The position numbers and the translations under genes are program-made. From the NCBI GenBank assembly GCA_050874545.1, contig JBNMKW010000004.1, forward strand, positions 3,184-67,183: a DNA stretch of 64,000 nt, in the 5' to 3' direction. This DNA is from Megasphaera sp. Its GTDB lineage: Bacteria > Bacillota > Negativicutes > Veillonellales > Megasphaeraceae. A model generated the notes under the pieces. It did no database searches. It saw only the letters and a program-made list of their open reading frames with translations, and was not told where the DNA came from. Below, in pieces: positions 1-8,683 of this stretch; the stretch's first letter is position 1, and each line of letters starts with the position of its first letter.

Positions 1-1
1 G

Positions 2-304
2 TTGTCAGCTCAATTTGAGCTGTTGGCTAACCTGGCTGTCGTAACGAACGTCATCCCGTATATCCTTTGCGCTGCGGCATTGAAATCTATTTTGACTAAA
101 GAACATATTCCCAATGAAGTCTGTAACCGTAATTCGTCTATTTTCTTAGCCGGCGTATCTATTATTTATTGTATTTACGCCTTGACGACAACAGACGGTA
201 TTACCTTCTTCAGCGGCTGTCTGGCAGCTTTTGCCGGCTGGCTTATCTATATGGTTCGTTTCAATATTATGAAGCAGCCCATACTGCAGGAACAATCTAA
301 ATAA
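2..304 (+). CDS. potE: APC-family amino acid/polyamine antiporter, C-terminal part (5' truncated by window edge); PotE-like
   Basis: SAQFELLANLAVVTNVIPYIL resembles the PotE/CadB TM segment (QFNVLVNLAVVTNIIPYIL); hydrophobic helices up to the stop. Confidence 0.65.
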   Translation: MSAQFELLANLAVVTNVIPYILCAAALKSILTKEHIPNEVCNRNSSIFLAGVSIIYCIYALTTTDGITFFSGCLAAFAGWLIYMVRFNIMKQPILQEQSK

Positions 305-311
305 GTACATC

Positions 312-351
312 AAAAAGAGGCTTGTCTTAAACGACAAGCCTCTTACTTTTT
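312..351. terminator. Bidirectional intrinsic terminator between convergent transporters
   Basis: AAGAGGCTTGTC-ttaaac-GACAAGCCTCTT, perfect 12-bp stem with A- and T-rich flanks. Confidence 0.85.
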
Positions 352-364
352 AGTTATAGAAACG

Positions 365-1615
365 TTACCAAGCAGCCGGCAGCATACCGAAAATACTTAG
401 CACGGCATAGACACCAGCACTCAGAAATACAGCAACTACCAATCCTTGCATTATAGGATGCGCTGTCCAGCCGCATTTCCATAGGGGATGTTGGTCTCCA
501 TGCTTGCGAGCGCTGCGCAGCATGACAACAGGCAGTATCGACATGATAATGCCGCCAAAGGTTCCCGCGCAAAAAATAGCATTCACAAAGCTGACCAACC
601 CGCTGTATGCCAATATAAACGGCGGCACAGCTATAACAAGTAAGCAGCACGCACGGGTTTTTATATCCGTTTCAGACTTAAATCCCAACTGATCTACCAT
701 ATTGGTCAAAAAACTTTCTGCAATAGCCCAGTAGGACGTCAACATCGCACAAAAAGCGAATAAATTGACGACGATAAAGAATATCTGATGTCCTAAAGCC
801 TTGCCCCAAGCCAGAGAAGCAACTTCTGTAACGTCTTCTACTGGCAGCATCAAAAAAACGGCAAACGGTACAATAGCCAACATAACCAACGAAATCAAGA
901 AGGCTACGGCAATAGACGGCACGATTTGCTGCGGTCGATGGGACAGCCCTCGTGATAATTCTGGTACGATATACTGCACGGCATAGCAGAAAACCGTAAT
1001 GTTAAATACGGGAACCGCATATTTCCAGTTGGCATAGAGAATATCGGATACAGGGACATTTGCTGACAAAAAAGAGCCCCCTACCAATAAGACTAACAAA
1101 ACAACCATGCCGCTGCTCAGAAATTTTTCTGCTACTCCTGTCGCTTTCAGCCCCAGCCAGACAATGACTGTCGCCGGAACAGCAAACAGCAGGCTTCCCA
1201 TTTGAACAGAAATTCCAAATAACTCACTCAAAATTTTGCCGCAGCCGCTCGTATATGCAATTAAACTGCAAAACGATGTCGCTCCAACAGAAAAAAATAT
1301 GACCCATGAACCTGCCTTTCCTACATACCGCTGTGCCAGCCCCGAAAGCTGCATCGGCTGTTTCGTACGCATTGTCGTTTCTACGACATACAACATAGAA
1401 ACGAAAGAAAAGACGCCGGCTATCACAAGCCATGTCAATAATACAGGCCATCCGGCACTGCGGGACGCATAAGCCAACCCTAATACACCGGAGCCGATGG
1501 TAGACCCGACAACAAGCATCGTAGCCTCCCAAAACGTAAGACGATGAATTTTAAGTGCTGCTTCCTTTTTCGCAGCACCTACTGTGACTTTGTCCAACTC
1601 GTTCACATATTCCAT
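365..1615 (-). CDS. Aromatic/hydroxy amino acid permease (HAAAP, TyrP/Mtr/TnaB-like)
   Basis: 416 aa, about 11 hydrophobic segments; N-terminal LVVGSTIGSGVLGL motif typical of the family; SD-like GAAAGGGTG upstream. Confidence 0.8.
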   Translation of the reverse strand: MEYVNELDKVTVGAAKKEAALKIHRLTFWEATMLVVGSTIGSGVLGLAYASRSAGWPVLLTWLVIAGVFSFVSMLYVVETTMRTKQPMQLSGLAQRYVGKAGSWVIFFSVGATSFCSLIAYTSGCGKILSELFGISVQMGSLLFAVPATVIVWLGLKATGVAEKFLSSGMVVLLVLLVGGSFLSANVPVSDILYANWKYAVPVFNITVFCYAVQYIVPELSRGLSHRPQQIVPSIAVAFLISLVMLAIVPFAVFLMLPVEDVTEVASLAWGKALGHQIFFIVVNLFAFCAMLTSYWAIAESFLTNMVDQLGFKSETDIKTRACCLLVIAVPPFILAYSGLVSFVNAIFCAGTFGGIIMSILPVVMLRSARKHGDQHPLWKCGWTAHPIMQGLVVAVFLSAGVYAVLSIFGMLPAAW

Positions 1616-1668
1616 GATAAGAAAACACCCTTTCTGTGTAATATGTTACATGATGTCAGCATCGTCTT

Positions 1669-1697
1669 ATTATATACTAGTTGCCTTAAATGTGCAA
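1669..1697 (-). promoter_or_regulatory. Sigma70-type promoter of the permease
   Basis: Minus strand TTGCAC-N17-TATAAT. Confidence 0.65.
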
Positions 1698-1739
1698 TAA
1701 AGGCATTCTTTCCATTTCTGTCTACGGCTATATACACGT

Positions 1740-1790
1740 AAAAAAATGAATGGCCCAGCATACTGCATATATGCTGAGCCATTCATTTTT
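1740..1790 (-). terminator. Intrinsic terminator after the PLP lyase gene
   Basis: AAAAAATGAATGGCCCAGCATA...TATGCTGAGCCATTCATTTTT long stem with one mismatch. Confidence 0.85.
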
Positions 1791-1808
1791 ATATAGATAA
1801 TATTACTG

Positions 1809-3026
1809 TTACACGTGTTCCAAGGCTTGAGCCAAATCGGCAATAATGTCTTCTGCATCTTCCAAGCCCACAGACATTCGTATCATACCGTCTGTGATAC
1901 CAGCGGCTTCCCGCACTTCTTTCGGTATCATGGTATGTGTCATGGCAGCTGCCTGTTCTACCAATGTTTCTGTATCCCCTAAGCTGACAGCCAAGGTACA
2001 AAGTTTTAAGCTGTTGATAAACCGTTTGCCGGCTTCTAAACCGCCTTTGACATCAAAGGTCATCATACCGCCGCCGCCGCGCATTTGTCTCTTTGCCAAT
2101 TCATACTGCGGGTTGGACGGTAAAAAAGGATAACGGACAATATCAATCTTAGGATGCTGTTCCAAATACTGCGCTACTTTTAACGCATTTTCATTATATT
2201 GCTTCATGCGTACAGACAACGTCTTCAATCCCCGCGTTGCCAAAAATGCAACAAACGGCGACATAACAGCGCCAAAATGCATCAATGTACCCAAGCGGCA
2301 CTGCCGTAAAAATTCTTCGTCATTGGAAATAACAGCACCACCAAGCAAATCACCATGACCGCCGATATACTTCGTCACACTCTGTACGACCCAATCTGCA
2401 CCCAAATCCAGCGGTGTCGTATTATACGGCGTAGCAAAGGTATTATCAATGCCTACTTTTACGCCGTGAGCATGCGCGATAGCTACTACTTTTTCAATAT
2501 CTACCATAACCATCGTCGGATTAGCTGGCGATTCGATATAAATTAATTTAGTATTGGGTTTAATTTTTTCTTCTAATTCTTCCAAATGCAGCGGATCGAA
2601 CGTATCTACTTCTACGCCAAAACGCGGCAGAAAATCGCTGTTTACGTCTTCGGTGCCAGAATATTTAGCCTTACAGAAAATCGCATGGTCACCAGCACTG
2701 ACACTCATAAAAATCGCACCGGATACAGCCCCCATGCCAGACGCATACGACACGGCCCCTACCCCATGTTCTGCTTCTGCCAGCTTCTTTTCAAAATAAT
2801 CATTGCTGGGATTCGTAATCCGGCTATATGCAAAACTAGCTGCATAATCATCACAAGCCCGGACAGCATCATCCGTAGAATCAAAATAAAACGTAGATGT
2901 TTGGTAAATCGGCGGAATCAGTGAACCATACATATCCCGCGGTTCACCGCCATGGACATTCACCGTTGCCGGCCCATACTGACTCCGATCAAAATCCGGA
3001 TGCCTCATTTTGCTTAAACTCATCAT
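1809..3026 (-). CDS. PLP-dependent Cys/Met metabolism lyase, methionine gamma-lyase-like
   Basis: PPIYQTSTF, YSRITNPS, ESPANPT, DNTFATPY, SVTKYIGGHGD (PLP lysine), AVSLGDTETL; start moved to ATG 3026/3023 behind GGGGAG. Confidence 0.85.
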   Translation of the reverse strand: MMSLSKMRHPDFDRSQYGPATVNVHGGEPRDMYGSLIPPIYQTSTFYFDSTDDAVRACDDYAASFAYSRITNPSNDYFEKKLAEAEHGVGAVSYASGMGAVSGAIFMSVSAGDHAIFCKAKYSGTEDVNSDFLPRFGVEVDTFDPLHLEELEEKIKPNTKLIYIESPANPTMVMVDIEKVVAIAHAHGVKVGIDNTFATPYNTTPLDLGADWVVQSVTKYIGGHGDLLGGAVISNDEEFLRQCRLGTLMHFGAVMSPFVAFLATRGLKTLSVRMKQYNENALKVAQYLEQHPKIDIVRYPFLPSNPQYELAKRQMRGGGGMMTFDVKGGLEAGKRFINSLKLCTLAVSLGDTETLVEQAAAMTHTMIPKEVREAAGITDGMIRMSVGLEDAEDIIADLAQALEHV

Positions 3027-3046
3027 GCACTCCCCCCTATTGTACA

Positions 3047-3115
3047 TAGAACATAGTTCTAGAGCATCGCTCTAATTATGAATAAAATAATACGCTTTTC
3101 TTCCCAATATGTCAA
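3047..3115 (-). promoter_or_regulatory. Promoter of the lyase with two tandem palindromic operators downstream of the -10
   Basis: TTGACA (3115-3110) N17 TATTAT (3092-3087); TAGAAC-ATA-GTTCTA (3047-3061) and TAGAGC-ATC-GCTCTA (3060-3074). Confidence 0.75.
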
Positions 3116-3141
3116 TAGAAAAAAAGCGTTGTTTATATTTT

Positions 3142-3753
3142 TTAGGTTGTTGTTATAAAGGTGTGCAGCAGTCGCGGCATATATTTTTGGCACAAATACA
3201 CATGTTCATGTCTTGCTTTGGTTTGAGACCATTCATAAATAAGCATTCGTACCATCATAAATAAATAATCAGCCGTATCTTCAGCGGAAATAGAAACATC
3301 AAACGTTCCTTTCTGCTGTGCTTTTTCAATAAAGAGCAGCAGATTTTTATAAAAGGGAACGCCCATCCATGTATGTTCTGTCTCATAAATATATTCAAAG
3401 GTACCATAGACATGATAGGAAAATACTTCACCGGCATGTGCCCATATATCGCCATATGTATCTAAATATTGAAATATATAGGGATATGGATTTTTTACTT
3501 TTTCTTCCAAATTCTCTACGATATCCGGCTGTGCCGTTTTGGCAATACGCACACATATAGCCAGCAGCAATGCTTCTTTATTTTTAAAATGATAGTATAG
3601 TGACCCCATGGGCAGCTTTGCTTCTTCGCTAATGTCGCGCATAGATGTCATATCATATCCCTTTTCAGCAAATAATCGCTGTGCCGCTTTCATGATACGC
3701 TCTTTGTTTATTTCTGTTTGTTCACAGCGTCTTTTTATCTCTTTTTCCATCAT
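3142..3753 (-). CDS. TetR/AcrR family transcriptional regulator
   Basis: RIMKAAQRLFAEKGYDMTSMRDISEEAKLPMGSLYYHFKNKEALL HTH signature; GGAGG RBS. Confidence 0.92.
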   Translation of the reverse strand: MMEKEIKRRCEQTEINKERIMKAAQRLFAEKGYDMTSMRDISEEAKLPMGSLYYHFKNKEALLLAICVRIAKTAQPDIVENLEEKVKNPYPYIFQYLDTYGDIWAHAGEVFSYHVYGTFEYIYETEHTWMGVPFYKNLLLFIEKAQQKGTFDVSISAEDTADYLFMMVRMLIYEWSQTKARHEHVYLCQKYMPRLLHTFITTT

Positions 3754-3785
3754 GCAACCTCCCAAAGGGTATCTGCAGCATCTTT

Positions 3786-4640
3786 TTAAATGATTTTTCG
3801 TATGACCATGACAAGTATATTGCTGACAGCGATAGCCGCAACGAGCAGCACACTCACTGTCACAAAGGGCGTAATAAATACAAGTATATTATTTTGTGAA
3901 ATAGGCATGCATCGGAAAATGACCGTACTAAATACGTGCATATTACTGTTAAAAAGCATATATAAACTTCCCAGCCAAACGACAGCCATACCGACAATGC
4001 GAACGAGCTGAATCCCCCGTTCTTTCATCGGCAGTGTTTTAGCCGGAAAGAAATAAAACGCTATCACAGCTAACACAATGACCCCCATCGCCATAAACCC
4101 GAATCCAATAATGCCCAGCATGCCAATGACCAAACTCTGCGTAACATTGCCGGCTACGCTCGGAAATAAAAACATGCCCATCAAGGCGCACGGCAACGGA
4201 AAACTATATAATACAGGGTCTAAAAATTCAGAATACCAGCAGCTTCGCGTATGTGCCTGCCAATACGCCGTTGCCCAGGAAGCCAACGCCTGCAGCAGGA
4301 TGGTACCTGCCATCCAGCAAGTAAAGACTGTCACCCGCATCGCGTACTGCTGCCAAAACGGGTAGGACATCAATCCGTTTAAAATACCTATGGCTGCCAG
4401 CAAAACCACCAGACTGCCATAAAGAATGGAGCCGACAGGCGCATATACAGACTTATCATAACGTTTCATCTGCCGCAGCCGCATTGTCACAGGCATGCTC
4501 AACGATAAGACCAAAAATACAAGCAGCGACAACGGCGCAAAAAAACTTCGGTCTGAAGCAAATGCGCCAAAGGGAATGGGCAGTATCCAAATAGCCAGCT
4601 GTAATACAGCCCGTATATTAGGTTTTATACGCTGTATCAT
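3786..4640 (-). CDS. Hypothetical multi-pass membrane protein
   Basis: 284 aa with about 8 hydrophobic segments; AAGGAGG-like SD inside the upstream gene end; no recognised motif. Confidence 0.7.
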   Translation of the reverse strand: MIQRIKPNIRAVLQLAIWILPIPFGAFASDRSFFAPLSLLVFLVLSLSMPVTMRLRQMKRYDKSVYAPVGSILYGSLVVLLAAIGILNGLMSYPFWQQYAMRVTVFTCWMAGTILLQALASWATAYWQAHTRSCWYSEFLDPVLYSFPLPCALMGMFLFPSVAGNVTQSLVIGMLGIIGFGFMAMGVIVLAVIAFYFFPAKTLPMKERGIQLVRIVGMAVVWLGSLYMLFNSNMHVFSTVIFRCMPISQNNILVFITPFVTVSVLLVAAIAVSNILVMVIRKII

Positions 4641-4643
4641 CGT

Positions 4644-5066
4644 CTACCTTCTTTCTACGTGCCGCAGTCCCAAGCAGGATACGCCGTATGCCAACAACAT
4701 AATTACACAAACTTTGATATACATGCCAACGATAAAGAGAATGTCACGGCCAATGGTCGGCCATTCCCAGAATGACGAGTTTTTCCATATATCCCCCATA
4801 AACGCGCTAAACACGGCAAAAGCAACCGAAACAACAATCCACATAATGACAAAGGCTGTCCGGCTAATAGGTCGCTGCCGCGCGCCAAATGCTGCTTCTT
4901 TACAGCCCAAATACGCCCAAGGAATACATAAGGACAACACAGCATAGCTCACCAAGGCCACAACGGCACTGGAACCGTTATGTATCGTATACGCACCAAT
5001 GGGAATCGGGATAATAAAGAAACACATGCGCACGCATTGGCGCAAAATATCGCAACATCCACTCAT
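4644..5066 (-). CDS. Hypothetical membrane protein, apparent paralogue of the downstream gene's N-terminal half
   Basis: 140 aa, about 4 TM; GGAGG RBS; shares the I-x-PIP-x-GA...VLSL-x-x-P pattern. Confidence 0.7.
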   Translation of the reverse strand: MSGCCDILRQCVRMCFFIIPIPIGAYTIHNGSSAVVALVSYAVLSLCIPWAYLGCKEAAFGARQRPISRTAFVIMWIVVSVAFAVFSAFMGDIWKNSSFWEWPTIGRDILFIVGMYIKVCVIMLLAYGVSCLGLRHVERR

Positions 5067-5235
5067 GAAGCTACCTCCAAACTCGTTAGATACTCTTATT
5101 CTAATAGATAAAGTATATCATAGTTTTTCATCCATGGATAGGAGAATACCGCATGATGTCTATTGCGAAAAGCACAGGTCTTGTGTACAATATTTATAGA
5201 TAATCATTAGCATTGTACAGAAAGGTATACACATT

Positions 5236-6495
5236 ATGGCAAAAAATTTTCAATCACTCGGCATTTCTCCGCAAATTACAGACATGCTGTATAAACAAGG
5301 CATTCATGAACCGACTGCCGTTCAGTCACAGGCAATTCCGGCACTATTCAAAGGCCGCGATATCCTGGCACAGGCACAAACCGGCACAGGCAAAACGTAT
5401 GCCTTCCTCTTACCATCCCTGCAGCAAATCAAGACTGACGTTCATATGGAACAAGTATTAATTGTCGCACCTACACGGGAACTAGCAAAACAAATCGCTG
5501 ACGTAGCCGGCACATTGGCTCCTGCCCTGCAGGTCGATGTACTAAGCCTGATTGGCGGTAAAACTATTGAAAACCAACTGCAAAAACTGCAGCGCCATCC
5601 GCAGGTCATTATCGGTACGCCGGGCCGTCTTCTCGACCACTGCCGCCGCAATTCGTTGGATCTGCGCGGTGTCAAACGCGTCATCGTCGATGAGGCAGAC
5701 CAAATGCTGCAGGCCGGTTTTCTAGAAGATGTCGATACATTAATCGGCATGACGCCGAAACGCCGTCAAATCCTCTTTTTCTCTGCAACCGTACCGGACA
5801 AAATCAAAGGATTAGCTAAAAAACACATGCAAAATCCGTTGGTTTTACATATTTTAGAAGGTAACACGATTGCGCTGGAACAAATTGAACAGCGCATTTA
5901 TATGATACGTGAAGAACAAAAATTTCCCAAACTCTGCCAAATGCTCCGCGATATGAATCCGTATTTGGCCATTGTCTTCTGCAACACCAAAGAACGCACT
6001 TCCCAGCTGGCAGGCAAATTGATTGCCGAAGGCTTTAACATCGGCGAACTGCATGGAGATATGTCCCAAGGACGCCGCACGCAGGTTCTCCGCGATTTTA
6101 CCAAGGCCAAAACACAAATTCTGGTCGCAACGGATATTGCAGCCCGCGGCATTGATATTGAAGGGATTACCCATGTCTTCAACTACGACGTACCTCATGA
6201 CGTAGATTATTACATTCATCGCATCGGCCGTACAGGCCGTGCCGGTCATGAAGGTCTCTCCATTATGTTTGCCACTTCAGCCGATGAAAACTGGGTGCGC
6301 CGCATCGAACATAATATCCAAGCTACCATCACCAAGTATACGGCAAATGGCCAAGTAAAAGTGAAAGCCACTGCAAAGCCGCCCAAGAAAAAGAAAAAAT
6401 TTAAGGATAAACTCCCTGCCAGTACGTATCAGGCAACTAAAAGCAAACGTCATAAAACACGGCATAAAGGTGGAGATAATCGCCGCCGCCGTTAA
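5236..6495 (+). CDS. DEAD-box ATP-dependent RNA helicase
   Basis: Q motif, AQTGTGKT, PTRELA, TPGRL, DEAD, SAT, ARGID, YIHRIGRTGRAG; basic C-terminal tail. Confidence 0.95.
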   Translation: MAKNFQSLGISPQITDMLYKQGIHEPTAVQSQAIPALFKGRDILAQAQTGTGKTYAFLLPSLQQIKTDVHMEQVLIVAPTRELAKQIADVAGTLAPALQVDVLSLIGGKTIENQLQKLQRHPQVIIGTPGRLLDHCRRNSLDLRGVKRVIVDEADQMLQAGFLEDVDTLIGMTPKRRQILFFSATVPDKIKGLAKKHMQNPLVLHILEGNTIALEQIEQRIYMIREEQKFPKLCQMLRDMNPYLAIVFCNTKERTSQLAGKLIAEGFNIGELHGDMSQGRRTQVLRDFTKAKTQILVATDIAARGIDIEGITHVFNYDVPHDVDYYIHRIGRTGRAGHEGLSIMFATSADENWVRRIEHNIQATITKYTANGQVKVKATAKPPKKKKKFKDKLPASTYQATKSKRHKTRHKGGDNRRRR

Positions 6496-6516
6496 TTCCG
6501 ACAGGAGGGATTCTCT

Positions 6517-7062
6517 ATGAAGAAACAAGCTGTACTTCTCTTTGCCGTACTCACGATGCTTGTAAGTGCCGGCTGTACGCCGACGCCCACTACACAGCCC
6601 AAAGAACCGCCGGCTTCGCAGCAACAACCGTCATCGGCAGAACAAACCCAACGCAATGCACAAAAACAGCAGCATGTCGGTGCCGTCGTTTCGTTAGGCG
6701 ATACGATGACAGACTGGGAACAGGCATTAGGACATCCATTTTCTCAAGGAGATTCCTTAAAAGTATATAAAAACGGAACGTATCAAGTTGTCTTTGAAAA
6801 TCATAAAGCCGTAACGATTACGTTTATAAACAAAAACGGCAAAAACACGATACCGAATGACTTGCTTCCAAAAGATGGAAAAAAGCAGTCCTCATCTGCC
6901 AAAGATATCCGCGGTATGACGATGACCGTAGAAAAATGGCACAGTAATGCGTTAGCTGCTGCTATTCCGCAAACAAAGGGAATGTATACCATCATGAAAC
7001 ATAAAAAGGGAGATACGTACGACAATATCGTTGTCGATTGTTCACCTAATTTGAAAAAGTAA
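6517..7062 (+). CDS. Hypothetical lipoprotein
   Basis: Signal peptide with lipobox (VSAG-C), Gln/Pro-rich linker; GGAGG RBS. Confidence 0.75.
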   Translation: MKKQAVLLFAVLTMLVSAGCTPTPTTQPKEPPASQQQPSSAEQTQRNAQKQQHVGAVVSLGDTMTDWEQALGHPFSQGDSLKVYKNGTYQVVFENHKAVTITFINKNGKNTIPNDLLPKDGKKQSSSAKDIRGMTMTVEKWHSNALAAAIPQTKGMYTIMKHKKGDTYDNIVVDCSPNLKK

Positions 7063-7069
7063 TAGGACA

Positions 7070-7124
7070 AAAACTGGGTCTGTCACTTCGAAGTAAAAAC
7101 GCTTCGTGTGACAGACCCTTTTTT
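7070..7124. terminator. Bidirectional terminator between convergent genes
   Basis: GGGTCTGTCAC...GTGACAGACCC stem followed by a T run. Confidence 0.8.
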
Positions 7125-7881
7125 ATAAGACCGCCTGTAATAATTCTTGTGTATACATGCTCTTCGGATGGCGCAATACATCTTCAGTCTTGCCCTCTTC
7201 CACAATGTTGCCTTCATGCATAATCAAAAGACGCTGGCAAAATTGTTGTGCCAATGCTATATTGTGGCAAATGAAAAGACACGCCATGCCCTGACTGGCA
7301 TTAAACCGTTGTAAAAGAGATACAATCCGCTGCTGCGTAATGGTATCCAGTGCACTAGTTACTTCATCACAAATCAAAAGAGCCGGCGATACCATCAATG
7401 CCCGAGCTATCGCGGCCCGCTGGCACTGGCCGCCGCTGACTTCATGCGGATATTTCTGCAGGATGTCAGCGTCCAAGCCGCATTGCTGTATCATCTGCTG
7501 TACACGTTGTTCCCGTGCCGCTTTTTTGATTTCTTGATTTCTCAGACTTTCAGCAATACTGTATCCCAAGGTATGACGCGGGTCAAATGACTCCCGCGGT
7601 GCTTGAAATACCATCTGTATCTGCTGATAAACCGACTGCAGTGCTTTTCCCTTCAGACACGTAATATTGTGATGCTGTACATACAGCTCCCCTTCTGTCA
7701 CATCTGTAAGACGGACTATGGCGTGCGCTAATGTACTTTTCCCAGCACCGGACCGGCCAACAACGCCTACGATTTCTCCTGGATACACACAACAAGTTAC
7801 ATCATTCAATATATGTTTGGGCCTATGATTCCCCTGTACTATAGTCTTAGTAATATGACGCAATTCGATAAGTGGCTGCAT
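7123..7881 (-). CDS. Peptide/nickel ABC transporter ATP-binding subunit (OppF/NikE-like)
   Basis: GRSGAGKS Walker A, VSGGQCQR signature, ICDEVTSALD Walker B. Confidence 0.9.
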   Translation of the reverse strand: MQPLIELRHITKTIVQGNHRPKHILNDVTCCVYPGEIVGVVGRSGAGKSTLAHAIVRLTDVTEGELYVQHHNITCLKGKALQSVYQQIQMVFQAPRESFDPRHTLGYSIAESLRNQEIKKAAREQRVQQMIQQCGLDADILQKYPHEVSGGQCQRAAIARALMVSPALLICDEVTSALDTITQQRIVSLLQRFNASQGMACLFICHNIALAQQFCQRLLIMHEGNIVEEGKTEDVLRHPKSMYTQELLQAVL

Positions 7882-7884
7882 ATA

Positions 7885-8664
7885 CTATTTCCTCCATGTT
7901 GGCATGGCTTGAATCAACGCTTTTGTATCGTCTTGACGCGGCTCTTCCAGTATCTGCCGTACCGTCCCTTGTTCTACACACTGTCCCTGATGCAGTACAA
8001 GCACGGTATCGGCCGCTTTGCGTATGACAACCATATCATGCGTAACTAATACAACTGCCGTACCGTTTTCCTGCTGCAAAGAACGCAGCGTCTGCAATAC
8101 CTCTTGCTGCGCGCAAACATCCAAAGCGCTGGTCGGTTCATCAGCCAGCAATACCTTCGGCTGCAGGAGCATTGCCAAAACAATCGCCGCCCGCTGCAGC
8201 ATACCGCCAGACAGCATAAAGGGATAGCTGTGCCACACGGCTTCACCGTCCGGCAACGCTACTTTTTCAAATAATGGCAATGTTTTCTGTTTTGTCTGTC
8301 TTTCTGTCCATCCTTGATGTACTGCCAGTGCTTCACTAATTTGGCTGCCAATCGTCCGCATCGGAGCAAATGTCATCGTGCCGTCTTGAAAAATCATCGC
8401 GATGGCTGTACCATACAAGGTCTGGCGTTCTTTTGCCGTTCTGTTCAACAAGGATTGTCCCAAGAGCCAAATCTCTCCCTGCGATACCCAGCCTGCTGGC
8501 CCCAACAGGTGCATAGCCCCTTTGAGGAGCGTACTCTTGCCGCTGCCGGATGCCCCAATAATACCGACTGTTTCTCCTGGATGCACGGCAAACGATACAT
8601 CGTTGACAGCGATGTGACTGCCATATTGAATCGATACGTGCCGATACTGCAGTACAGCCTCCAT
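7885..8664 (-). CDS. Peptide/nickel ABC transporter ATP-binding subunit (OppD/NikD-like)
   Basis: [26 protein letters not shown]. Confidence 0.9.
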   Translation of the reverse strand: MEAVLQYRHVSIQYGSHIAVNDVSFAVHPGETVGIIGASGSGKSTLLKGAMHLLGPAGWVSQGEIWLLGQSLLNRTAKERQTLYGTAIAMIFQDGTMTFAPMRTIGSQISEALAVHQGWTERQTKQKTLPLFEKVALPDGEAVWHSYPFMLSGGMLQRAAIVLAMLLQPKVLLADEPTSALDVCAQQEVLQTLRSLQQENGTAVVLVTHDMVVIRKAADTVLVLHQGQCVEQGTVRQILEEPRQDDTKALIQAMPTWRK

Positions 8665-8683
8665 GTCTGCTCCATCCTTTCTC

